A stretch of DNA of 63,907 nucleotides, counting the filler, from Parasitella parasitica NRRL 2501 (Eukaryota > Fungi > Mucoromycota), in assembly GCA_025201805.1 (NCBI GenBank). It is 5 parts of 5 records of this genome, joined end to end, with 100 filler letters (N's around TTAATTAATTAA, not from the genome) between each part and the next. Parts side by side here need not be neighbours in the genome. Positions count along the whole stretch, not along the records: positions 1 to 26,494 come from MU619448.1; 4 more parts are not named here. The stretch is one strand, 5' to 3'. Made by a program: the position numbers and the translations under genes. The notes under the pieces were generated by a model. It was not told where the DNA came from. It saw only the letters and a program-made list of their open reading frames with translations, and did no database searches. Positions 1 to 13,590 of the stretch are shown one piece after another; the first letter of the stretch is position 1, and every line of letters starts with the position of its first letter.

Positions 1-357
1 CGATAATCATGCCTGTACTTGTGGCGCATAAGAAAGGCTTTGATTTGCTCTTTACCGCAGCCTATCATTGATTATATGCAATTCTTATATGTAAATTTGT
101 GATATCATCTGATAACTTTATAGATATCGATGAAAACATGGATACCAATGTTGTTTCCAGATAGAGGTCAGTCAATGCTAAGTTTTCCAAGTTAGATCTC
201 GGTTCCACGGTCATTTTAGCAAAAGTTATGAGCAAATATGTGATATTTATGATAAATATTGAAAAATAAAACTGGTTTTGCAGATAACTTGTGATAGAAA
301 GGTCGCACAGTGGAAAGCAAGTTATGCTCATATAGCGATAATCATGCCTGTACTTAT
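1..357. repeat. 335-bp tandem/dispersed repeat family (one unit plus start of the next; probably continues left of the window)
   Basis: CGATAATCATGCCTGTACTT at 1 recurs at 336 (period 335); the unit aligns by eye with 60632-60966; internal inverted motifs AAAAGTTAT/ATAACTT(G/T)T. Confidence 0.85.
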
Positions 358-1550
358 GGATGTATGATCTAATCTGGAACGGATGAAGTCTTGGCTTAAG
401 AAATGATTGCGACGGTTTAGCATTGATACATCACTTATGGTGATTATAAAGTAATAATCAGATGTATTGTTGAGATGTGCAAGATCAAAATAAGAAAAGT
501 ATAATATAAAACGTTGAATTAACGAGATACGAAATTACTTTATTAAAGATTCAACTTTGCATCTGCTATTTATACTTTTTACAACAACATAAATTTTTGG
601 TGACTTATTTAAAATAGTTGTCGATACTAATCGATAAGGATAATTCGCAAGCAACATCATATCCTTAACAGGGTACGATGTATTATTATACTACAAGGTT
701 ATTGATCTTTGATCTGACAGTACCTTATTGTTTGTCAACCATACAGATCTGTGTTACAGATAACTTTCCTGATATGAAACAAAGACTTTATTCTCCTGTT
801 TCGACAAGTATAACAACACATCATTGGACAATCTCCAATCTTTAATTGAAGTACACTATCATGATCTCCTAACCTACATTATGGCAGATCATGTATTATG
901 TTTCAAGGCATCTGAAAGAAACCATATTTTCGATTATTTTTTGTAATGACTCTTAAAAATTACGATCAGTCTTGTATATATGTGAACAACGATGTGCGAT
1001 TTTCATTCTTAGGGCCAAATTGATCATTGGCCTTTGCCAAATTCAACCAACATTTTTTCCAACGTCGGTATAAGGTGCTGTATCAGCAAGGAACATGCAA
1101 TACATGCACCTTCCTGTGCATAAAATATGGGTGCTAATCATCTATTGCTTGAGCCCTCACGCTTTTAACACATAATACAGTACTCTTTCGAACAAAAAAG
1201 AATATAGCCGCATGCTTCAAGGAGTTGTAGTAATAAAAGTAATAAAAAAAACCTAATGATGGTCGAGTAAACGTATGATCTCGACCATCAACAGTGTATA
1301 TTACTACAGCATCCAGCAAAAAGACAACCACCGCTATAACACAAGTTTTTTTAGGCATATTTTTCAAGAAGTTATAGCACTATATATAGTTGTCTTGATA
1401 TTTGTATGAGTTTGTTGATTGCCAAAGATTACTCTGCTACTGCATGCAAGCTGTGAAATGTGACAGGCTATAGGGTATAAAATCTATCGCTCAAAATTCG
1501 TTGCAAAACAAACCTTTCCTTCCAGCTGTAACTAACTACTCTATATTATT

Positions 1551-2649
1551 ATGAAAGAAGGCAACAATATCAGTGTGCGTGATGCTGTAGATCGATTAGA
1601 ACGGAGGTAAGTGCAACTTAGCTAACGTATAGCTTGACAATCAACATTTCTGTTAGTTTATCTGCAGGTAGCTTATTGTCTGTATACAGAGTTTACTGTT
1701 ATTAAAAAAAGGTTATCACAGAGAGAAATACAAGCTCACAATCTAGTACTGAAGACTTTAGTGTCCCTGGATATCTCAGAACTACAGCCTCATCGAATAA
1801 TAAACATAACAACAAACGAAAAATAGCACAGGACAATGACAACCGTGGAAAAAGACAGCAATTTAAAAATACAAACAGTATAGTGCCTACGAAGGTTACC
1901 CACTTGAGTCATCTGAATTATGTTTCGCACAAGTTTAATATGGCATTTATATATTAGGCGTATGATGGGAGTCTATACGAACGTCAGGAATCACGGGAGT
2001 CATCTGTATTTTCCATATCGTCTACGATTAGAGATGATACATTCGACGACGAAGATGCAAATCATGAACTGTTTGAAAAACTTTGTTTGTATGCCAAGTA
2101 TCTGCAATGGGTATTCTTATACGGCAAGGCGAAGGTTGCCTTTGAGCAGAAGAAAAAAGCAATCGAGGTATAAAAGCAAATTGAATCTAGCAGCTCACAA
2201 ATATGTATTAACATAAGACTAGGGTGATTTATTATTAGCTATTGAAGCAGTGAGAGAAAAGCGAACTCGAGAGGCAAAGTTGTTTAGAGAGAAGAATGAA
2301 ATGTTGGATGATGGTGATATTCGAAAGTATGTTCAACAAGCACAAAGAATAACAAATAAACTTAAGCAAAAGTTGGCGATGAAAGATTACGATCTCGGTA
2401 ATTTGTGTTGACGTTACAGGTTTGATAATTCACACTCACCAATTCGTTATAGCCGAAGAAAAAAAGGAGACGATGATGATTTTAGAAAATATGAATGATT
2501 TAAAAGCAAGTCGAATTGATTTTGCAGTAAAATAATCAATAACTCACCATTTCCTCCATATTTAGATCCCAATGTCTTCAGTTCACGAAAATATCAAGGA
2601 ATTGATAAAAGCAAGAGAACTGCTGAAAGATATAATTCAAATAATATGA
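1551..2649 (+). CDS. multi-exon coiled-coil protein, possibly QWRF/HAUS8 (augmin subunit)-like
   Basis: ATG at 1551 and several GT..AG introns; exons read ...ELFEKLCLYAKYLQWVFLYGKAKVAFEQKKKAIE / GDLLLAIEAVREKRTREAKLFREK... and end IIQII* at 2647-2649. Missed by the ORF track. Family call rests only on LQWxF followed by a coiled coil; exon boundaries approximate. Confidence 0.5.
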
Positions 2650-3144
2650 AAGATTCGTGCCATTTTTGAAAATATGATGTATACCCTGTGGTCGATCACG
2701 CTTTTGTTTAATATCAAATATTAAGAAAAATCTATTACAAATCTGAAAATATAACGAAATTCATTATCGAGTATCTGTAGATATATTACTTAATATGTCT
2801 AACTTGATCATGCGTTTGCATTGCGTGGATGCCAGAAAGATGATTTTGTTTTTGATGCTGTCTTTTCTTCGATGAAGAACACCTGGATTTTTTATACTAT
2901 ATTTTCTTTAGGTAGCACTGTTAAAAAAAAATTGGATTTCACGTTACATCTGGAAAAAAAGACTTTTTGGCAAATTTTATCGGATCAACAGGGCGAACGC
3001 GAACAGAGCCGAGATGAAGGTTTTTTGTACAACAATAACATGAAAGTTTATTTGTTGTATTTGTGGAGAGATAAATTATTGATTAAGAAATAAATATGTA
3101 TGAGATAGATTATGTACAGATTTTAAAAAAATATATTGTGTTTT

Positions 3145-3193
3145 TCACACAACATTGAATTGTTGATGTTGCTGCTGCATTCGCATTTGTAGC

Positions 3194-3224
<31 letters not shown>

Positions 3225-4338
3225 GCTGGCAGCCATTCTCAACGCGAAGATGGCGATTTAGGGCGTCCAATCTAGCAAAGGGCTTATGGCAGTGCATGCA
3301 AGCATAAGGTTTGATTCCCCAATGTAACTTTTCGTGTCTGTTGCGATCATGCTGACGAGCAAATTTTCTGCCGCACTCCGTACAAGCAAATGGACGATCG
3401 GCTGTATGTGTACGCATATGAGATGTGAGGTTGTATGGGCGAGTGAATGATTTACCGCATCCAGGATGAGGGCAAAGATGGTTTCCGCCGGATGATGCTG
3501 ATGAATTGGATCTTGCTCTACCACTCATCTTCTTGCAATCACTTGAACTTCTTCGAACAGATGTCTCAGAGCTGTATGCCAATTGGAACTCTTGTTGAAC
3601 TGAACCAGATAGTTTTGGTGGTTCAGAGACTCTTCGCGATCTATTTGCCTTTCTCACAGTCAAGCCAGTGTTGTCAATGGCATTGTAATCTGACATAGAT
3701 GGTGATGGGTAGCCTGCAATCCCCATATTGGGCGTAGTAGATCCTAATAACTCTTCGGTAGACATCAAGAGATTATAGTACAAGACAGATGGATCTGGAC
3801 CGTTCGATTGGAAGATGGTTGGATCGTCAAATGAGCAACTTGCCATCGAAACGGGCGACGATCCTCTATTGGGGGTCCAACTAAGCCAGTCTGTGTTGCT
3901 ACTAGGTTGAGCCAAAAGAAGGTTATCCAGGGTTGAGCCTGTAGAGTTCAGGATATCAGAGAAGGGAAGATCCATAGAAACCTGTTGTGGTTGTTGATCA
4001 AATTGGTTACAATGCTGAGCAATAAACTGATCTACAAAGTTTAATGAGGAATCCGAGTAAGAATGCTGGTGTTGATATTGATTTTGACGGATTGGAGTAG
4101 GTTCAGTAATTGAGATGCAAGGCTCGATCTTTAAGCTTAAATTGTTGTTTTCCATCATCTGCATACGAGAAACAGCATCAGACAAGCTATCAGTGCTTGA
4201 AAAGGGCGGAACCAAAGGAGCAATCAAAGGCATTTCACTGTTTTCTTGGTAGAGATAATCCAGATTATCCTTGTTATTATTCATATTCAAGTAAGGATCT
4301 TGGAGATTCCAGTTATTACCGTATTGTTGGGATTGCAT
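3145..4338 (-). CDS. CRZ1: C2H2 zinc-finger transcription factor, Crz1-like (calcineurin-responsive)
   Basis: Three fingers [23 protein letters not shown] / [21 protein letters not shown] / [17 protein letters not shown] match Crz1/CrzA-type fingers; PxIxIT docking motif PCISIT; Ser-rich region; C-terminal polyQ. Confidence 0.8.
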
Positions 4339-5599
4339 TATTAGAATGAAAAGTTTAACTTTGAAAAAAAAAAAGAAAGAATGAAATGAAAACCTTGCAT
4401 TTTATTTATACTAAATCTCGCCGTGTATTTTTAGATATCACAAGTTACACACGGTAGTTGTGTTGCTGAGCAATGTGACCTATGTATAATTCTACTTTAT
4501 TAATTATGACACGGTAAGCAGTGAAAGAAAGAGGATCTATAAGTGATTTTGTCATGATACAAGCTACACCCTCCTAATGTCTCCCATGTATATTGGTTTA
4601 TTCAATGATTATCATTGATTTAAGACATGTGCTGAACAATCCGTGAAGAAGTCTGTACTACACATCAGACATCATTTTTAATCTCTGTTTCTCTCTCAAT
4701 CACTAATTCTTGCTTTCACAGAAAATGAGGCTGATTCAAATCTCTCTCTTTCGTGCTTCAATCCAAAAATATTTTCAAGATGATGGTACAGACTGACGAA
4801 AACAGTCAAGTTTAAGTTTCACCTCCCTTGGCTACGGTATATCTGTGGTACAAGTTGAAATTACTATTTTGGGTGTTAGAAAATCTGGACATCCAAATGT
4901 GGAAAAATTATCAGTTGAGCCTTTTTGTTGAAGGTTTTGAGGGTGTTCCGTGGCTGGTAGGAATGATGTGTGTATATGATTGTTGTGATTTGAAACAGAG
5001 AGGGCTTATTTTTAGAGCTGCACGTATACATAACCCCCTTAAATGTTTATGAAAAATGCATAAATAACAATTTTAATTTAGGCATAATAGCTGTATTCAT
5101 CTGTATAGTAAAAGTATAAGGAGTGGTATCTATACTTTTGTTTGCATGATTATAGCATTGATATATGCATAGAAGGTTGCTATTAAAAGATATGCAACAC
5201 TTTAATCACGCACATACAACAGGTTATTTTAGCAGGAATTTATTCCATGCACTATCTATAAATAAAAATGGCTTGTCTCTATAGAAATTGTATTGTATTA
5301 AGCTTTTTTTTTAAGCAGAACGTAGATCTTGTAGCTTGCACTATATCCTGATCTAAATTTACAGATAATATTATGTGTCATGATGTAAATTTTATATATT
5401 TTGGCATTCTGTAAACTAAAATACGCTAGGCTAGTCTCCTCATTATAGACTTAATAGCATAATTTCACAAAGCACAACAAAAAAGCTCAAAGTACTTTTG
5501 TCAACAACAACTTGTAGAATAAATAATTTACATTGCGATCGGGGTCAATTTTCTTTTCAGGGGCATGATAATTTAGAGATATGTACTTTATTAAAAAAT

Positions 5600-6398
5600 C
5601 TATAAGTCGTAAGCACTCGTGATGGTTGTGGTATAACTCCCATCTTGATTTCTATCGACATGAACGCTGTCCAATCGATCTACAATAACTGTAGCCCCAG
5701 CGGCTTTTAATTGCTCAACTGTATGAGTTGTTGTACATGCAATGCACTGCATTCCAGCAGCAATAGCCGCCTGTACTCCACTGGGCGCATCCTCAAAGAC
5801 TAGACATTCTTTAGGCTCTTTACCCAAAATCGCTGCAGCTTTCAAATAGCCTTCTGGATGGGGCTTACCATGAGTAAGCTACATAACGTCCATCAATTTC
5901 TCTATTTCTTTTCTACATGTTATAAACTTACCATGTCTCCCGTAGCCATTTTCTCGGGTATTTGAATATTAAATTGTGATAATCGAGTAGTTGCCATTAA
6001 GTTTGTACCGGCAGTGTTCACTGTCCAATCTTTGGCTGAGATACTTTGTAATAAGTCCATTACACCAGGTAACACGATAACGCCTTCCTTCTCCAAAGCC
6101 AATTTTCCCTCTAGTTCATTGACATGTTCAATAGTAGCCAGCTCTGGTATCCAACATTGTAAAGTTTCAATAGTTCTACGTCCATGAGAGGTTTCAAGAA
6201 TCTTTTTGTACACAATAATAATAAGCAACCAAATCATACTGTTATTCCTTCTGCTGTTGTTTTTTTTACCTTGGCTGGATCTAGGTTATATTTCAATGCA
6301 AGATCTGTCCAAAATTTAATAACTTGAGGCGTTGTATCAATCAAAGTTCCATCAAGGTCAAAAATGAATGCATTCAGTTTTAAAGTTTGGATTGCCAT
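5600..6398 (-). CDS. HAD-superfamily phosphatase (GPP1/DOG1-like sugar or glycerol phosphatase), 3 exons
   Basis: Exon 1 MAIQTLKLNAFIFDLDGTLIDT (DxDGT), exon 2 SHGRRTIE, exon 3 GKPHPEGY...VFEDAPSGVQA; two GT-AG introns. Confidence 0.9.
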
Positions 6399-6774
6399 AT
6401 TTTGTGTTTTGTATATATTTTTGGAAAAAGAGCTTGTTAATTTTACATGTTTTTCAAGGGTTCAAATTTATTTACTAATCCAAGATATTTCTCCGTGGAT
6501 GTCGATTCTTCCGCTGACGTTTAATTTTACCCAAACATATCCAGTGGCGTCAAGGTGTGCATCAGTATGTAGAAAAGATGAAAGCCTGGTTTATTCAGAT
6601 GATAACACGAGCCTCAACATGTCGTATCGTTGGCCATTTAATATTCGTGGTCAAGATGTATTATGTGGCCTCAGTCGCATTATGAATAGCTTTTTTTTTT
6701 GTTTTCCGTAAAGCCACCACATAATGTAATTACAATTTATTATTATTGTGGGGGTAACAGATAAAGAAAAGTAT

Positions 6775-9715
6775 CTACAACTTGCTTTCGCGAGCAGCAG
6801 AACCATTAAGCTCAACTGCAGCATTAGAAATAGCAACGACATCTCGTTCAACGACACGGGTTTGGAAAATAACCTTATTGCCTTCCTTCCACATAGAAGT
6901 CTCAAGAGTTTCGCCAGGGAAGACATGTTTGGCAAAACGTGCCTTAATATTGGCAAATGAAGCAGGGTCATTGTTACCAAATGTCTTCAAAACGTGCTTG
7001 CCAGAGATACCGAATGAGCAAAGGCCGTGGAGAATAGGGACATCGAAGCCGCCGATTGCAGACATATCAGGGTCAATGTGCAATGGGTTATAATCTCCGC
7101 TCAAACGGTAGAGAGCAGCTTGATCTTCGCTGGTCTTTTCAGTAACAACCGCATCAGGCTTACGACTAGGAACAGCGTTGGTAGCAGAAGCAGCACCACG
7201 GTCAGCACCCTTGGATCGACCACCAAATCCACCGCTACCACGAATGAACAAAGTGAACTCGTTTTCAAACATGACTTCATTAGATTCATCAACGGTGGTA
7301 ACACCAATGATGACAGAGGCACCCTTGCCCTTATCAAGGATATCAATGACACGAGCTTGAGACTTGAGAGTACCACTTGTAGGAATAGTTTTCTTCAGAG
7401 ATAAAAATTGTTCACCGTGCAACAACATCATAGGATTGAAGTTGGGAAGGAAATCTCCCAGGGGAACAGTGTTCATGGTTGTGAAAGAAGGAATAACGCC
7501 AAAGGTAGGCAGTACACCAAAGTTTTCATCATTTTCATAGACAAAACGAGTATCAGTACGCTTGCAACCAACGCCTAAAGCATAGAGGATGGCCTCACGT
7601 TCTTCATATGAGAACTCAAGAGTTTCGAATTTCATCTTTTTGGCAGCTTCAATATCAAGACCACCTTCCTCCTTCTTGGGTGTGTCTTCTTCAACATTAC
7701 CAAAGTTGTCCATGAAACTTTGCAAAGAATCTTGTGTGGTTTCAGGGTTAGTGGCACGACCATCATCAAAGTTGACAATACGAGCCCAGTTGCTAGCTAC
7801 TTGTTCAGGCTTCAATTCACGGTTGGCAGGGAAACCGTAACCACCAGTGCGTTGCCAGCGAACCTTGGCAATCCAGCCACTGCCGACTTCAAAGATACTA
7901 CCAGTGTCTTGGTTGCTGCTGTGACCCAAGTAAGCCACCAAAGGAGCAACATATTCAGGCTTGAAAGCTTCAACCATCTCAGGAGGCATAATCGTAGCGG
8001 TCATACGAGTGCCAGCATTGGGAGCAATGACATTAGCAATAATGTTCTTACGCTGACCTTCAAGAGCCAATGTCTTTGTGAAGCCGACAATACCGAGCTT
8101 AGCAGCACTGTAATTAGTCTGACCAAAGTTGCCATACAAACCGACAGCAGAAGCAGTGTTGATAATGCGACCGTACTTTTGCTTGACAAAGTGAGGCCAT
8201 GCAGCTTGAACAACTTTGTAGGTGCCTCTCAAATGGACTCTGTGTACAAGGTCCCAGTCAGCATCAGTCATACGAGCAAAGGATTTGTCACGAAGAATAC
8301 CGGCATTGTTTACAATGATATCAATACGGCCAAATGCCTTGAGAGCAGTTTCAACAACTTTTTCACCCTCTTCAACAGAATCATAATTGGCAACAGCCTT
8401 ACCACCAGCTTTGCGGATTTCATCGACAACGAGATCGGCAGCACGGCTATCGGAACCTTGACCAGTTGCAGAACCCCCAAGATCATTGACGACGACAGAG
8501 GCTCCCAATTTAGCAAAGAGTAAAGCATAGGCCTTACCAAGTCCACCGCCAGCACCAGTAACAACAGCAACTTGACCATCAAATCTCAATTCGTCGGCCT
8601 TAGGATTAGCATCAGCTTGCTTAGCACGCTCCAGGAGGGCCAAGAAATCAGTGTCCATAATAGAGGTAGGGTGTTCATTGGCCTTTCCAAAGTCAGTAAT
8701 CTCATCCCATTTTGCCCCAACAGCAGCAGGAGTGAAAGAGTCATCAGCCTTGAATACGGCACCGGCGGAACGCTCCCATCTCAGTTTGGAGACAAATCCA
8801 CCGCCGACTTCATAGATACCACCAGTTTCTTCAGTGTTCTCAGCACAAAGATAGCCAACAACAGGAGTGACGAATTCAGGCTTGAGAGCAGCAAGGATCT
8901 CTGGGGGCATAACAGTTTCAGTCCTACATGCCAAGTGCACATTCACGTCAGAACCACACAATCCGAAAACATATACAATCTCTAGTCTTACATTCTAGAA
9001 GCAGCCATAGGGGCAATGGTATTACAGTGAATGTTATCCTTAGCACCTTCCTTGGCTAAAGAGTTGCTGAAACTAGCAAGAGCAAGCTTGGCTAAGAAAA
9101 TGGAAGATTCATGCAAAATTAAATAAAAAATTCCCATTACAAAAAAGCATGTAAATATTTACCAGCACTATAATTAGCTTGACCAAAGTTACCGTACAAG
9201 CCGGCAGCAGATGCGGTCATGATGATACGGCCATACTTTTGCTTCTTCATAATGGGCCAAGCAGCCTTGGTAACGGCATAGGAACCCTTAACATGAACGG
9301 CCATAATAAGATCCCAGTCAGAGTCTGTAATTCTAGCAAATGACTTGTCACGAAGGATACCAGCATTGTTGATGATGATATCCACGCGTCCAAATGCCTT
9401 CATGGCTGTGTCGACAATTTTATCACCGTCTTCAACAGAGTTGTAGTTGGCTACTGCTTTACCGCCTAGCTTTTGGATTTCGTCAACGACAATGTCGGCA
9501 GCCTTGGAGCTGGAACCATCACCGGTTGCAGAAACGCCCAGATCGTTTACAACGACACTGGCACCACGTTTGGCAAAGAAAAGAGCATAGGCCTTACCCA
9601 GACCTACTGATGTGTCAGTTTATGGGCATAAAAGTATTATTTTTGAAAGTTCTATACCTCCACCAGCGCCAGTAACAATAGCTACTCTCCCATCGTAACG
9701 AATATCGTTGGTCAT
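6775..9715 (-). CDS. FOX2: peroxisomal multifunctional beta-oxidation enzyme (hydratase-dehydrogenase, MFE-2)
   Basis: Two SDR domains ([13 protein letters not shown]; NNAGILRD; YSAAK) plus a MaoC-type hydratase ([14 protein letters not shown]); C-terminal PTS1 SKL; ATG at 9715 with three short introns. Confidence 0.95.
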
Positions 9716-10699
9716 TTTATATTGAATTTTTAATTGAGATAAACCAAAAGAAAAAGAAAAAGGACTTTTGTAGGTTTTTCTTGTTATAAATAAATACGGA
9801 ATACCTATAAAGCAATAAAGCTTTCACATGAAAGTGGAAGATATTCCAACCAATCATCATGTGATATTGTAAGCATCCAATATCCTGAATACATCTTCGC
9901 CCTTGCTTCTTGATTGAGTGTATAGGCGTGTTTTTTAAAAATTCAATCAGCAATACTGGTGTGTAGGTCTACCACGAACTACTTTCCTTTTCCTTGAGCC
10001 GTTGTATTCGGCAATTCAGCAGTGGGATGCATAGTTTCTCCGCTGAATGAATATAATGGGCCATACACGATGACTAAACTGCATTTATGTATCCCCACAT
10101 TATGGAATTTCCCATCTACGTAATTGAATCAAGAAACAATTCACATCATTTTGATGAGCTACAGCTGTGTATTCTGCCATCATTGCCCCTTTATTTATTC
10201 ATACAAGGCAACTTTTATGCAATCCATGAATAATACGAGATTGTTTGGCTCTTTTGCAGAGGAATCAATCTTGTTACACCAAGAATCATTCTTCACATGA
10301 TCCTTTCTTGTTCATTTATTCTTGGTGATGTATTTAGCCGGTGAATGCACACAACAATAGCGGAGTCATCTCGACATAGTGCCTGAAAAGAGTAACATAC
10401 AAATATAAATGAAAAGCTAAAGTGTGATACCACAGTGTATCTGTTCAATTCCGAAGGAAATTAATCCGAAAGGATGATGCCAGTGTGAGAAAATATTTCA
10501 GTCTATTAATGTGCATGCCAAAACTATGTACCTCTATGTTGCACCAGCCAAAGTCCTCTACTAAATTTGAAAAGTTTCAAAATTACAACAGAATTCCATT
10601 CCATAAAAGTTAATGCTACAGTCTGTTGTATTTAAATTTGCAGATTATAAGAAACATGCATACGAACAAAAGTCTCTGAAGGATTGTCAATTGAAACGA

Positions 10700-13150
10700 A
10701 GGGTTACTTAAAGACGTTATCTAGTCGATTTTTTATGATACAAGAACTTTATCAATATAACATAGCTCATAGACAAGCAAGTAAGTAAAGTGAAACAGCT
10801 AGAGTTCCTCAAATATGAGATGTTGCAAATGGTATGACCTCGAGAGCCATTTATATGTAGCTTCACTTTTATTTGAGTAAATATTAGCACGTTCCTTTTG
10901 CAGGCATCTCGTTTTATAAAACACTTTTCAAGGCAAAATCGAATTACTATTCGATAAAAAAGTTTGAAGCTTAAAAAATGTGTTTTATTTGGTAGAGTTT
11001 GTCTATAAACCGAAACGGCCCAACAGCTGATGGTCTTGATAGTAAAAATCAAGGCAATTGTTTTCCAGAAAGCCTGGTTAGCGCCAGACATTTCAGTGGA
11101 ACCTCACTTTCCACATCACCCTCACGAGAAGCAACAAGAAAAGAACCGCCATGAATGAGATGATGAGCAGTGAATTGTTTTGCGAGACTTACGGCAGAGA
11201 AGTGCATGTTCATAAGCAAAATTTCTTCACGTATGAACTTGTTAAACTGTTCATTATGTTCGGTTTCATAATGCACAGCTAGGCCAAAACGACGAATGTC
11301 ATCCATCAAATGATGCAGGAAATGAGCTTTGGGAGCAGTTGATGCGAAGCAAGGCTCAATCTTATAACAAGTGCTGATACAGTAGTTATCGATCTCCAGA
11401 CAGATGTCACTTAACTCAGTCGTGAGGCTATCGACTCTTCACAAATATTCATCAAGATGGTTATGTATACTACGCATGTACAGCAAAGAAGACAAAGAAC
11501 CAATAATCTCAAAACATTTTGTGGTCAAATTGAGCAGAGGGTCAGCTTCAATATCAAGAGTACTTCTCAGGCACATCGGCAAGATTTAAACCAATTTCTT
11601 GAAATCACGGCCAACAATAGAGCCATTATATCTCATAAGAGATCGAAAAGTTCTGGAATATGCTTTGCAACTATGGTACTTGGTAAAAGCAGCCTGAAGT
11701 CTGTTCTTGTCAGAAGTAGAAGAAAGCACGTTTTTCCACAGAAAGACAACCATGAATTTGGCAATTCCCAAAGGCAAAGTATGAAGCAGTTCAATAGGTG
11801 TGTCGTTGGTCGGATCAAACGCGCTCAGTCGCAAGAGATGCTCGCTATCATTTGTCTTACAGCTGGATGAGTCCTGGATTCGCTTAAGCGTCGTACGATC
11901 AGCAACTTGACCAACTTCGACTAGATAAGCCTTTGTTCTTGGAAGACAAGAATGCACAATGGGGTCTAAGAGCTTCATTGGATCAGTTTCCCATGCTACC
12001 CCATGTTGTGCTCTTGCATTCTTTTTCAGTCGTGGATTTGGATTAGCAGTATGGCAGATAATTAGTTATCCACGTGAAATGAGTAAAAAAGGAGTACCAA
12101 CAAGAACACGCTTATGGTGAGCTATAGAATAAACCTTATAGCAATTTCCAAGGACTAGTAAGTCATCAACTAAAGGAGAAAGCGTGTCATAGTCGTCAAA
12201 GTTTCAAGTATTAATTTTGGGAACCTCTTCTATCGAAAGAAAGAACCACAAGAGTCATCAAGTGGGTATCGAAGCTACTATATTGCTTAGATAAATTGTA
12301 AGACGTATCACCAGGAAATAGCTGATATTACTTCCATCCTCCGTATCGACAAAATCGCCAACCCAGATATCGAGGGTGCCATGAGTATGTACTGGGCTAT
12401 AAATTAATCTGCCATTTGTCATCTATCTGAAGATTTGTGGCTTCATGTGGAGTGAATTAAGCATCAACTGTACTAACGCTGGGGAATTAACAGAATCAGC
12501 CATTAGAATATCGATGTATTTGAGGGGAATTGGTTCATGAAAACAGTGTTTTGAATATCGCAAGGTAGTTTCCAATTTATCAGAAATGAGAAACAATTTT
12601 TATGAGAAAAAATTATAGTTTATTATATACTTTATATACAAATGGATATGGGACAGTGGTGTGAGGATGATATTAAGATCGGGAGATAGGATAGATTGTA
12701 TCTCTCCAAATGTCATGCCACGTTCAATGTCTTGACGGATTGGTTTCAGGCTGACATACTATGATGTTGGGAAGAATATCCAGCGGGTACTTTGTTGGAT
12801 TTTTAATACGGTGGAATTTGATGTAGAACTATGAAATGCCATATAATCACAACACGGAATAGCCTAAGATATTTTGGTCTTTGTCTGAGTTGCAGATATG
12901 TAGCGTATTTAGCAATAGAAGAACAATTTAGTACATGTATTTATATAATCTTGTATTTACAAGGCCTCTCCTTCTCCTGTTTTGTTGGTTTATTTCACAC
13001 ATACAAAACTTTCCTACAGAAGTTTTACTTGGTGTATTTCAGCACCTACCAATGTATTGTCAAGGCAATGTTCATGTGTTTGCAGGTCACGGTACCCTGC
13101 TGCTCGTTCTTTTATTGATGTTGATGCAAACAATGTCCAGCTTAATAGCT
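10700..13150 (-). mobile_element. decayed CACTA/EnSpm-related (Plavaka-type) DNA transposase remnant
   Basis: Fragments DTPIELLHTLPLGIAK and HFLHHLMDDIRRFG...ETEHNEQFNKFIR, plus LDIWVGDFV and PLVDDLLVL; many stops and frameshifts; ends approximate, TIRs not identified. Confidence 0.65.
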
Positions 13151-13590
13151 ATCTTTCTGCTAGACGTCCCATTCGATTACTCAAAACCCTAGCCGTGGTC
13201 GATACATACGCCAGTTGTCTTTCAGCCTGTCAGGCAGTCCATTTAAAGAGCCAATCTCGAAAAACGGATTTCTGACCATCATGGAATGATGTCCAAATTT
13301 TGTCGAACTCGAGTTTACGTACGTTAATCTGATAGTAGGTCATGTAGATAACAATGTACAAGTCTATATATATTAATAAAGCAAAAATATGTGTTCAGAC
13401 TGAGAATTGTTAATAGTGACATCTAGCAAAGATTAACATTAAGAAAGTATGTGATATATTTTATTGAAGCTTTTTTTTTCTAAATACAAAAAACGTATGG
13501 ATACGGTGAATAAGGGAAAATAGGATTAAAAAACGTGAATAGATATTACGTTAAACGATGCATCTATTTGAAAATGCGGATACTAGGAAA

